Shown here in pieces: positions 18,014 to 27,800 of a DNA stretch of 64,000 nucleotides. The notes under the pieces were generated by a model that was not told the origin of the DNA, did no database searches, and worked only from the letters and a program-made list of their open reading frames with translations. The stretch is from assembly GCA_002171315.2 (NCBI GenBank), contig NHFS02000013.1, positions 1,062-65,061 of the forward strand, written 5' to 3'. This DNA comes from Euryarchaeota archaeon TMED117 (lineage in GTDB: Archaea > Thermoplasmatota > Poseidoniia > Poseidoniales > Poseidoniaceae). How positions within the stretch are numbered: position 1 is the first letter of the stretch; every line of letters begins with the position of its first letter. Position numbers and translations under genes: made by a program.

Positions 18014-18844
18014 TCATAGCAATTCTCTGGCTATTCTTTGGATTGCGTTTGTTGCAAATCCATCTCCGTCTCTACGGCCTATGAAGTGCGAAAAGTGAGG
18101 GCCGTCTTGGGTGGAGATGTTGATGTCACCTTCAAAGATTTCATCTATTTCAAAAAGAACACTTGACTCTGCTAAGTGCGGTGCATTGTTCATTTCAGAA
18201 AGATGTGTTAGAGTAATGCTTCTGGTTTTATCTGTGCATACCTCTTTCAAGAATTGTCCTGTTTGTTTGTTGGACAAGTGACCTCCTCTCCCAGAGATTC
18301 GATCTTTCAGAGATCGGGGATAAGGGCCATTCATCAACCTGTTCGTATCGTAGTTCGCCTCCACTGCAATATGTTCACATCCATGAACATGGTCAACGAG
18401 TTCGTCAGTCCATGAACCAAGGTCTGTGATTATGGCTGTTCTTTCCCCTCCATGACTGGCTACAAATGCTACGTTTTCTGCTCCTGAATGTGGTACAGGT
18501 ACTGGCAGCAATGATGTTCCTCGAGAGAACTGTAGCACATCTAGAGATTCAAAATGGTGTGTTAATTCAGGAAGAAGACCCAATTCTTGGGTTGTTCGAT
18601 GGTTGGCATAAATTGGAATGCCCCAACGCTTCTGCGCTATCAGCGCACCTCCTCCATGGTCTCCATGATGATGAGTAATGACGATTGCTTCCAGATCCTT
18701 TGGACTCACGTCGAGAAGATTCAATCGTTTTTCTAACTGCACGCCGCTGAATCCCTGATCCACAAGGATGTGGGATGATTCAGTGCTGAGAAGTGTGGCG
18801 TTACCACGACTTCCAGTGCCAAGGTGCGTAATCGATAGCCCCAT
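18014..18844 (-). CDS. metallo-beta-lactamase fold hydrolase (YycJ/PhnP-like)
   Basis: ITHLGTGSRGNATLL...ILVDQGFS, the HxHxDH motif ITHHHGDHGGG, and a downstream GRGGHLSNKQ typical of the YycJ-like subgroup. The ORF track starts at 18886. I prefer M15 (18844), or M10 (18859), because it gives the canonical short N-terminus. Confidence 0.8.
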   Translation of the reverse strand: MGLSITHLGTGSRGNATLLSTESSHILVDQGFSGVQLEKRLNLLDVSPKDLEAIVITHHHGDHGGGALIAQKRWGIPIYANHRTTQELGLLPELTHHFESLDVLQFSRGTSLLPVPVPHSGAENVAFVASHGGERTAIITDLGSWTDELVDHVHGCEHIAVEANYDTNRLMNGPYPRSLKDRISGRGGHLSNKQTGQFLKEVCTDKTRSITLTHLSEMNNAPHLAESSVLFEIDEIFEGDINISTQDGPHFSHFIGRRDGDGFATNAIQRIARELL

Positions 18845-19017
18845 CCCAATCAAGTTCATGGGGCAACAGACGGATATTGAATACACCGCATGATTCAGGT
18901 CAAAAGCATCGAATTCTGGGCTTCTAAAAGCGGTTCACTGTATGAACAACGCTCCATCATTCCTATAAGCATGGAGACAAGGACAAATCATGCGGCGTTT
19001 GCCGCTTAGGTGTTTTT

Positions 19018-22000
19018 TTGCGACGAAGTCAGACAACCTTGCTCTCCACTCTCGCAGTAATCGCTGGGCTCCTCTTCATGTCACAGTTTCCAACGATTTC
19101 TCCAGTTGCGAATATATATCCTGATGATACAACTGGTGAGGGACCTCCTACAACTGATACGGACGGAGATGGGATTCCCGATGTTCATGAGGCTATTTTT
19201 GAGGAGTGGGTGAACTTTAGCGCAGTCGATGGCCGACTCGTTTCGATGGAGGGTATGGATAAAGAAGACGCTTCAGATGCCAATTTCGATACCGATAGAG
19301 ATGGTTTGAATAACACAGAAGAGTATTGTTGGCCGTATCCTGCTAATTGCAATGATCCAGGTTTTTCCAGAGGTTTGACAGGCTTATTGGATGAGAATGG
19401 TGATCGACAATATCTCGATCCCCGTATGTCAGACACTGATGGTGATGGAATGCCTGATGGATTTGAAGCGGCTATGTGCGCTCGTGCCGGTGGATTCGAT
19501 ATTGTCACACTCAGATACATTTGCCCCTATTTTGACCCACTGAATAACAGCGATATGACCGATGACCCTGACGATGATGGGTTTGATGTCAACAGAGATG
19601 GTTTCATCTCAATCGCAGAACAGTATACTTCTCCTGAAGAATATCGGTTTGGTTCGCCGGGTAATTTTACTACTGAACTTGATGGTCTGTGGTGTGCTGC
19701 CACTCTCCCTCAAGGCTCTGTAATTACACAATGGCCATTCATCAATACAGGCGTAAATGCGTCATTCCAGAACATACTTTCTGCGTGTACAACAAATGCA
19801 ACATCATTCGTCGGAGAAGATCTTTGGCTTGGTACCGACCCACTGCTTGAAGATTCAGATCGATACAGCTGGGATGGCTTCGCTATTCGCCCACTGTATC
19901 CCTCCTTTGGAGACGGTATGCCAGATGGCTGGGAAGTACACTTTGGATTGAATCCACTGAATCGTTCAAATGCTTTACTTGACATTGATGCGGATGGTTG
20001 GGATGTAAACCGAGATGGTGTTGTTTCAATTGATGTGAGTCGGACTGAAACAGCCTTGTCATTAGGAGAATCTCTGTCAAATCTTGAAGAATTTTACATC
20101 CATAACGATGAAGGCAATTCGGTAATGTCTGGTTTGAAAGAAATCCAGATTGGGTTAAATGATTCATCATACTACAGTTATCCACTCACGTTCAATGCTG
20201 TTGAAGGCAATATGGCAGTCATGCACCATGATGTTCGAAGTATTTTAGTTGAAGATTCATTCGCATACGTACTTACTCGCTATGGAATGACCGTGCTGGA
20301 TTATGAACTCGGTGTAACTCAAGATTACTGGTTCCCTCAAGGGTTCACTGGCTATGAAGCAATCTTCGTTGAATCTGATAACGGACCTCATTCTGTTGCG
20401 ATAGCAACTTCACACGGTATGCACGTTGCAGCAATTCAAGTTGATGGATTTTTGGAACCAATTAGTTCCTGGTCCTCAAGTGATCCTGTTCCGCTTTTCG
20501 CATTGACTCGACTTGCAATTGATGGATCATCGCAACAGATTATTGCTCTTGGTTCGAATGGAGACGGTGCTGTTTACGAAGTAACAACCGGTGGATTGAT
20601 TTCTCAAACCTTTGAACTAGGTCTTAATCTCAAAGCAACACTTTCCGAATCTCAAGTTACAGTCACAGAACTTGCTCATGGAAGTGTCCCAGGCGGTGGA
20701 TTGGTGCTTTATGTCGGTACTGAACGGGGATTAATGACTCTTGAATCTGCCACTGGAAGAGATGAAGCAACACCTTCATGGAGATTTTTCTTTGACCCTA
20801 ATCCCTCTCTTATTTCGAATCGTATCGATGACCTCAGAACGCTAAACTTAGGGGCAAGCGGCAATCCTGCAGAAGTTCAAGCATTGCATCTTGATGGCCC
20901 CAACCAAGAAAATCCAACGGTTCTGTGGATTGGTACGCCATCTGGTTTGCATCGTTTGAATTTAGAAATCAATGACATGACTTTTGGCGGGCTACTTGAA
21001 CATCCCGGAGGCGATGCTGAAGAACTCTCGAAATCCAACAACATTCATTCCATTCTCCCTACTGGAGATGAAATCATCATCGGTTCTTCCGCTGGTCTGT
21101 GGATTCTTGCAGGAAATCATCTGGACGTTTATGGTCTTCAATCGCAATCTGAATTACCCGGTGAACTTGCTGCTCTGAGCACGTTACAAAAGAACGGCAA
21201 CACATACATTCTTGCAGGGGCTGCTCCTGGACAATTTGCAAATCTTGAACTAATCGATCCTGGAGCAAACGATTCAGATAGTGATGGAATCCCTGATGGG
21301 TGGGAAATTGCCTATGGATTAGATCCTACAGACCCGTGGGATGCATTATTGGATGGAGATGTTGACGGTCTTGATTTGAATCAGGATGGTTCTCTTGATA
21401 GATTGTGGACTAATTTGGAAGAGTACCGTTACATCGCACGTTCTGATGATGGATATAATTCAACACTTCCTAATCAGAGTGATTCCGACTTGGATGGTCT
21501 TCTGGATGGTTCGGAATACTTCGGTTACTTCCTAGAAGAAACCAATTTCGATTGCTACTACAATCCTCAGTTAGTTTACCTCTGTGACGAGACACTTGGT
21601 GAACAAGCAAGAACGCTTTATTCAAGTTCAAACGCTCTTGATGTAGGTACAGATCCTACTGTAACAGACACCGATGGAGACGGCATGCCCGATGGTTGGG
21701 AAATTGAACATCGTCGTTGGATTGGTAATTCTTTCAATGGAGGCAATAATTGGTCTCTTGACCCAACTCGTGCGGAAGATGCAGGCTGGGATGCTGATCA
21801 GGATGGACTTGCCAATCTATGTGAGTATGAATGGTCATTGGTTCGACTCGCAGGACTTGCAGGTGATTTGTTCGAAGACTATGGCGAGAGCCCTGAATCT
21901 GCTGCAACCTGGTCGATACCTGATCCAAACCTCTACGATTCAGATGGAGATACTCTCCCTGATGGATGGGAAGCAGATGGCCAATGCACTTGGTCTCCTC

Positions 22001-24759
22001 TACGCGTGGGAGTCAATCCAATGAATGGTTCAGACGCCTTTGAAAACCCAGATGGTGACGGCTATGATGTCAACAAGAATGGCGTACTAGAGCCAAGTGA
22101 AATGTTTGTTAATTATCTTGAATATCATATTTCTACAGATCTATTCCTCAATAATCAGACGTTCTCAGGGATTGAATTACCGAATGGGTTTGAAACTGAT
22201 TTATTCGATAATATTAGTGATTATGGACTTCCAGAAGCCACTTTTGCAGAACGTGCAAGTGGTGCAATTCTAGCGACACAAATTTCTCTGGAAAAGGGAT
22301 CTTGTGACCCGTTCAAAGCAGATACTGATGAGGATGGTATGCCTGATGGATGGGAAATTTGGTTTGCTCGATGGAACATACTCGATGACGACTGGACACT
22401 TAATCCGATTCAACCAAGTGATCGTTGGCTTGATGCTGACGATGATGGAATGACAAACTGGGAAGAGTACAATCTTATTGACTCAACAGACTCAGAAACG
22501 AATGCTAATCGCTCTTCACCACAGTGGTTTGTTACAACTCTTGGTTCAGCTTATGCATTCCAACAATGGCCTTCTGCTGCTACGACACAATCCTTTGGAG
22601 CATTCATAACCGAAGAACAGTACAACATTTCTGGACCTACAGGAGATCCAAATAATGTCGATACAGATGGTGACGGTATTATCGATGGTTTAGAACTGCT
22701 TTTCACAGCATGGAATCTTTCCGCCTCGACTTGGACATTGAATCCTGTCGTAGCGGGAGACGGAACCTTTGACAGTGATAACGATGGTTTGGTTGATTTG
22801 CAAGAATTTGCTCTGGCTACCTCAAATCCAGAAAATGGAATCTCTGCTCCAGTTGATGCACCTTTGTTACATGAAGATGGCGATGTTCAACAACCAACAA
22901 AGAAGGCTCAGAGAGTCTTCCAAATACTGATTTCTAAAGATTCACGTGGTAAGCGACTCCTCGATGATTTCAACGCATGGCAATCCGGAGAACCTCCAAA
23001 TGTATTCATCTCATTGCTGTTAGGTATGACCGATCCAACCAACCCTGACACAGATGATGATGGAATGTATGACGGATTTGAGTATTGGTTTACTTCATGG
23101 GATCTAAATGAAAATCGTTGGGGTCTCAACCCGCTTATTGAAACAGATGTAAATCTTGATTCCGATGGTGATAGCTACGACTGTAATCGTGATGGTACCA
23201 TTGATTTGGATGAACGTTTCTCGAATTTACGGGAATGGGAATCCCGTACATGGGGTAAATACCTCAATCGTAGCTCTGTGCCTGCCTCAGTTGGTATTGT
23301 CGATTTCGGCGAGGATGCGATGAACGCTTATGCCGAGGAACAAGGGCTTTCCCTTTTGCAGGCTCGTCAATCTCTCATTGATGATTTCAAAGCGAAAGGT
23401 CCTGAGTCTGTGAGTCGAATGTCGACAATCAATTCCTACAATGCAAATAACTTCAATCGAACTCTTCTCGGTGTTGCAGATCCAACGCACCCCGATTCAG
23501 ATTCGGATGGTATCCCTGATGGTTGGGAATATTGCTATGCTCTTTATGGGATGGACAATCCTACGACCGCCAATCATTGGGCATCGAATCCATTGAATCC
23601 ATGGGATGTCAACTATGATGGAGACTCTGATGGATGGTATGGACGTACTGCTTTCGATGTTCCTGCAGTTCAAGGTAATTGGGACGCTCGAACATTTACT
23701 CCTACTTCGCAAGTTATCCAACCAGGTATTGGTGCCCTTCCATTTACTAATTGGATGGAATGGGACAATGAAACACGGCCAGACCTTAATGACAGTGACA
23801 AAGATTCAGAATCATATGTGACGACTGTCAGTAATGGAGTGGTTACAGAGCATTACAAAGATTTCAACCTAACAGACGGGCGTGAGGTTTTCAAATATGG
23901 TACTAATCCAATGGACAACGATACTGATGGTGACATGATTCCTGATTGGTATGAGTATGCAAAGGCTTGGAACGAGACGAACGATAACTATTCTTCATAT
24001 CTCAAAATACAGGTCATTTGGATTGATCCAGCTACTGGGGGGGCGTGTGATACCTCGACAAATTCCTGTTTACCACTCTCGCTTAATGCCGGTACCTTAC
24101 AACGTCCAGAACTTGATTTCGCATGGTTTACCATGGATCCTCGCGATGCAGTCGATGCGAATTATGACCCTGATCAAGACGGAAATTGGGATTGTTCTGG
24201 TGCTGGATGTGTGTATGAACCATACACCAATTTCCAAGAATATTTTGCTATTACAACTGAATCACTATCCAGTCCTAATGCAGTACGATTGTCTGGTTTG
24301 ACATTTGAGGGGCAGGTTATCCAAGAAGGTTGGCAACTTCGATCACTATTGCTCGGTATTGGACAATGGGATGAAGGTGTGAAGAACTATCTGAAGATGG
24401 ATAAAGCTCAAAGCAATGATTTCAGATATGCCTACCTCGTTGATGATAACGATGTAGAATTCCTTGTTCAAGACAGTACGAATCATGATATTCTCTGTGC
24501 AGGAAATATCACTGATGCTTGGGATATCTACTACACAGGTGCTCCAAATACAGCTCCTGTCCGGTCTGTTGGTGAACATGAACTCGGGTGGTATCTCTTG
24601 GATTACAATAGCGACCACGTTGCTGAAGGAACCGATCCTACTAACTGGGATACAGATGGCGATTGGATGGTTGACTGGTTCGAAGTTAATGATGATGAAC
24701 AGGACGGAAGTAGGGGTGAAAGTTCCCCAATTCGGTATGATTCACGTCAAACAACATAG
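19018..24759 (+). CDS. giant secreted or N-terminally anchored protein with more than 20 thrombospondin type 3-like Ca-binding repeats and a central beta-propeller-like region
   Basis: DxDxDG-type repeats occur throughout: DTDGDGIPDVHE, DTDGDGMPDGFE, DSDSDGIPDGWEIAYGLDPTDPWD, DTDGDGMPDGWEIEH, DTDEDGMPDGWEIWF, DTDGDGIIDGLELLF, DTDDDGMYDGFEYWF, DTDGDMIPDWYEY, DTDGDWMVDWFEV and others. Residues about 380-720 carry propeller-like repeats (LYVGTERGLMTLE, LWIGTPSGLHRLN, IIIGSSAGLWILAG). The N-terminal hydrophobic segment is LLSTLAVIAGLLFMSQF. There is no C-terminal TM. The TTG start at 19018 is preceded by SD-like AGGTG (19008-19012). Confidence 0.85.
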   Translation: MRRSQTTLLSTLAVIAGLLFMSQFPTISPVANIYPDDTTGEGPPTTDTDGDGIPDVHEAIFEEWVNFSAVDGRLVSMEGMDKEDASDANFDTDRDGLNNTEEYCWPYPANCNDPGFSRGLTGLLDENGDRQYLDPRMSDTDGDGMPDGFEAAMCARAGGFDIVTLRYICPYFDPLNNSDMTDDPDDDGFDVNRDGFISIAEQYTSPEEYRFGSPGNFTTELDGLWCAATLPQGSVITQWPFINTGVNASFQNILSACTTNATSFVGEDLWLGTDPLLEDSDRYSWDGFAIRPLYPSFGDGMPDGWEVHFGLNPLNRSNALLDIDADGWDVNRDGVVSIDVSRTETALSLGESLSNLEEFYIHNDEGNSVMSGLKEIQIGLNDSSYYSYPLTFNAVEGNMAVMHHDVRSILVEDSFAYVLTRYGMTVLDYELGVTQDYWFPQGFTGYEAIFVESDNGPHSVAIATSHGMHVAAIQVDGFLEPISSWSSSDPVPLFALTRLAIDGSSQQIIALGSNGDGAVYEVTTGGLISQTFELGLNLKATLSESQVTVTELAHGSVPGGGLVLYVGTERGLMTLESATGRDEATPSWRFFFDPNPSLISNRIDDLRTLNLGASGNPAEVQALHLDGPNQENPTVLWIGTPSGLHRLNLEINDMTFGGLLEHPGGDAEELSKSNNIHSILPTGDEIIIGSSAGLWILAGNHLDVYGLQSQSELPGELAALSTLQKNGNTYILAGAAPGQFANLELIDPGANDSDSDGIPDGWEIAYGLDPTDPWDALLDGDVDGLDLNQDGSLDRLWTNLEEYRYIARSDDGYNSTLPNQSDSDLDGLLDGSEYFGYFLEETNFDCYYNPQLVYLCDETLGEQARTLYSSSNALDVGTDPTVTDTDGDGMPDGWEIEHRRWIGNSFNGGNNWSLDPTRAEDAGWDADQDGLANLCEYEWSLVRLAGLAGDLFEDYGESPESAATWSIPDPNLYDSDGDTLPDGWEADGQCTWSPLRVGVNPMNGSDAFENPDGDGYDVNKNGVLEPSEMFVNYLEYHISTDLFLNNQTFSGIELPNGFETDLFDNISDYGLPEATFAERASGAILATQISLEKGSCDPFKADTDEDGMPDGWEIWFARWNILDDDWTLNPIQPSDRWLDADDDGMTNWEEYNLIDSTDSETNANRSSPQWFVTTLGSAYAFQQWPSAATTQSFGAFITEEQYNISGPTGDPNNVDTDGDGIIDGLELLFTAWNLSASTWTLNPVVAGDGTFDSDNDGLVDLQEFALATSNPENGISAPVDAPLLHEDGDVQQPTKKAQRVFQILISKDSRGKRLLDDFNAWQSGEPPNVFISLLLGMTDPTNPDTDDDGMYDGFEYWFTSWDLNENRWGLNPLIETDVNLDSDGDSYDCNRDGTIDLDERFSNLREWESRTWGKYLNRSSVPASVGIVDFGEDAMNAYAEEQGLSLLQARQSLIDDFKAKGPESVSRMSTINSYNANNFNRTLLGVADPTHPDSDSDGIPDGWEYCYALYGMDNPTTANHWASNPLNPWDVNYDGDSDGWYGRTAFDVPAVQGNWDARTFTPTSQVIQPGIGALPFTNWMEWDNETRPDLNDSDKDSESYVTTVSNGVVTEHYKDFNLTDGREVFKYGTNPMDNDTDGDMIPDWYEYAKAWNETNDNYSSYLKIQVIWIDPATGGACDTSTNSCLPLSLNAGTLQRPELDFAWFTMDPRDAVDANYDPDQDGNWDCSGAGCVYEPYTNFQEYFAITTESLSSPNAVRLSGLTFEGQVIQEGWQLRSLLLGIGQWDEGVKNYLKMDKAQSNDFRYAYLVDDNDVEFLVQDSTNHDILCAGNITDAWDIYYTGAPNTAPVRSVGEHELGWYLLDYNSDHVAEGTDPTNWDTDGDWMVDWFEVNDDEQDGSRGESSPIRYDSRQTT

Positions 24760-24808
24760 TGCCCTGTAATGGAACGCTTGATAATCTTTCAAGTGCTGCC
24801 TCTACACG

Positions 24809-27800
24809 ATGAGTGGTAACTTTGTCTCGAGGCGAACCCTGGCAGCCCTGCTACTTTCTCTCTTCATTGGCATGAGTATGTCTCCGTTGAGTGAACTCTG
24901 GATTGAAAATGCAGAGGCTGCAGAAGTAGCACGACATACCTACGAGTTTAGTGATGGGACGACCGAATACATTGCACTCTATCAAGGTGGAAATGCAGAC
25001 AGTGGTGCTAAAATTTCACTGCCAAAGGGGGCAGAAGTTACAGATGTTCAAATGACATTATCAGGTGCATCTGCTACAGGTTGGTCTTCAATTCCAACAA
25101 CAACTCGTGATCATTGGGTTGCCGGTGAAGCATCCAATACGGATAACAAGAGTTCAGATTTGACTCTCGCTATGGCAAACGTTAGTCAGGCATTCAATGC
25201 ACACAGTATCGATGAGGCAGTCAACCCTTCCAGCACAGCTTGGTTGGATAATGGAACTTACGCAGTTCGTCAACCCCATACCTCAAATTCAACCGATGCA
25301 CTCTTTTCTCAACAGCGGAAATTGACACCTAATTCTTTGAATGCCCAAGGTCAAGGAGCAATCCTCCGTCATCATGATTGGTTGTACTTATCGACTTGGT
25401 CCTCCACTTCCTTCCACAATATAGTGCATCGCCTGTATCCAAACAATGGTACACGGGAAAGCATCATTACACTCGATCAAAATGGATGTACTTTGCCTTC
25501 AAAACATTCTTCCTCTTACTATGGACAATGGGGTTTCAGAGACTGGGTAGTAACTGATGATGAGCGTTTGTTCGCCGTACTATCTGGGTACAAATATTTC
25601 TACACTTCAACTGCAAACACAATGTATCATCGTGTTATTGAATTTGATATTTCAAACGAGAACGAATGGGTTTGTTTAAATTCATTCCAACCTCAAGGGA
25701 ACGGAGATTATACCGGAATCACCTACGACCCTGTCGACGATAAAATCTGGATTTTGCATAATCAAAATCGAAGGATACAATCCTATCAGTTGGATGACAG
25801 TGGAAATCTCGAGCGAGGAGATAAACACTTCACCTTCCAAACTTCATCATCCTCTATTTGGCAATGTGGTGTTAGTAATCAACAAGCACGTGGCTTAGAA
25901 ATGAATGAAACACATTTCTTCATGCGATGTCAAGATGGACAATATTACAACGACAGAGATCAACTGGAAGCTTGGGGCCGCTCGGGAACAGCAACCGCAT
26001 TGATTCCAGAGAATTCAATCCGCAGTATTTCTTCTCTTGGTTATGGCCTCTTCTATGATGGTCAGCGTTTCCTTACAGTCGATTCAGGTTATTCAACATG
26101 GTCAAGCACACCATCTTATCATGAATTTGGAACAAGTTGGCAATACAAAACGACTCCAGCACCGGGTACTACGACATGGTTTGGTCCCGTTATCACTACT
26201 GCGGAAGATGTACTTTCAGTGAATATGGAAACTCTTTGGTCAGCTGCATCCATCGGTGATCGGGTTGATTATTGGGTATCTGCCGATAATGGTACGCACT
26301 GGGTTCAAGTCGAATCAAATACGACTGTTCATTTCCAACACCCTGGCACGGAACTCGTTTGGAAAGCAACACTGATTGGTTCTACTGCTGTTTCTTGGTG
26401 GGTTGATTTAGAGTACTCAACAGAATATGAGACGAGTGGGACATGGATTTCACCTGCGAAGCCTACGGGCACAAAGGTAGGTAAAGTTCGACCCCAATGG
26501 ACTGCATTCCAAGATCCTTCTACTACGCTTACCGTTCAGGTTTCAAATGATGATGGAACCACGTGGCAACCCGCAGAGAATATGGTTGAAACCAGTTTCT
26601 CAACAGATGGAGCTGGTAATCTCCTACGTTATGCTGTTACGATGACTACGACTGATCCTTACATTACGCCAGTACTGGATAGTTTGGAACTCTTCTATGA
26701 GGAAGGCTATCCAGATAAGCCCAAAATTGATGTTGGATATGATGGAGTATATGATTGGAAGAGTATTCTTTTCCTAAATGAGTCTTCAATTAATGTCAAT
26801 GATGATTCTGTTGTTGGGGAAGATGTTGAATTCCAGCCAACACTTGTTGATGCCTTTAACGACTTTATTCCTGATAACGGTGATGGGTTTGTTGAAGTGC
26901 CGCTTGCAATTAAAGCACAGACCTCTGGTCGTGTAAAAATCACCAACATTGATGTATCCTACAAGATGAATACTCACGCAATCAATGCAGTATTTGAGGG
27001 TGGAATGGCAGCTCCAGATGGTATTGCTCGAAACCTCATCATCAAGGTTGCACATGGTGATGAAGTAAATTACGTGACTGAAGTCATTGCAGCACTCAAT
27101 AATTCACATGGACAAAATCCTTCATTCAAGTGGCAACAAGGTGACACCTGTTCCACTCTTGATGATGCAGGTGGAATTGTATACTTCGATGTCTCGAATT
27201 GTTCATCTTCAATCGATAGCAATGATGTAAGAACCATTCGAATTCCAATAACTGTTGACTGGTCTTGGGATGATGAACAATCGACTGAGGCAATTCTTAC
27301 AGTCAAAGATTCCTTTGGAACTGCTGTGAGTAATTGGGATACTGAGAATATGGAACTTCGTGTTGAAAATGACATTCAACTGGATGGATTGCAAGTATTC
27401 GATGAAGATGGACGGCAGTTATTCACTCAAGATTGGGTTCGAGGAGGGCAAAATATTTCCTTCCTAGGAAAAATCCACTTTGAATCATCTCAACTCTCTC
27501 CTTTGGCAGGAGAGTTTGAATTGCGTGTCCTTGGACAAAATGTAACATTCGATGGTGATCCAATAGGACAACCTATTGTTTTGGCTCAGGAAGCGAACCC
27601 GAGTTTTGGATCTTACAATCTCACCTTCGTATCACCGATTGAATCCGCACCAGGCGGGATGATTTTCTACGTAGAAGCAATTAATCTTCCAAATGGTTCT
27701 GAATATTCAAATCCAGGATACAATACAATTCGTTTGATTCTTGATGGTAATTCACCTCTGGTAATTGCAGCCACTCCGTTTGATGGGCAAGAACGTCATG

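Noticed and set aside
24037-24043. G7 homopolymer inside the TSP3 giant, and a G7 at 62255-62261 inside the permease gene, as possible frameshift or pseudogene sites
   Set aside because: Both reading frames continue uninterrupted with sensible protein sequence on either side (ATGGACD and KSGGEIW). There is therefore no evidence of disruption, and 7-mers also occur elsewhere in the window.
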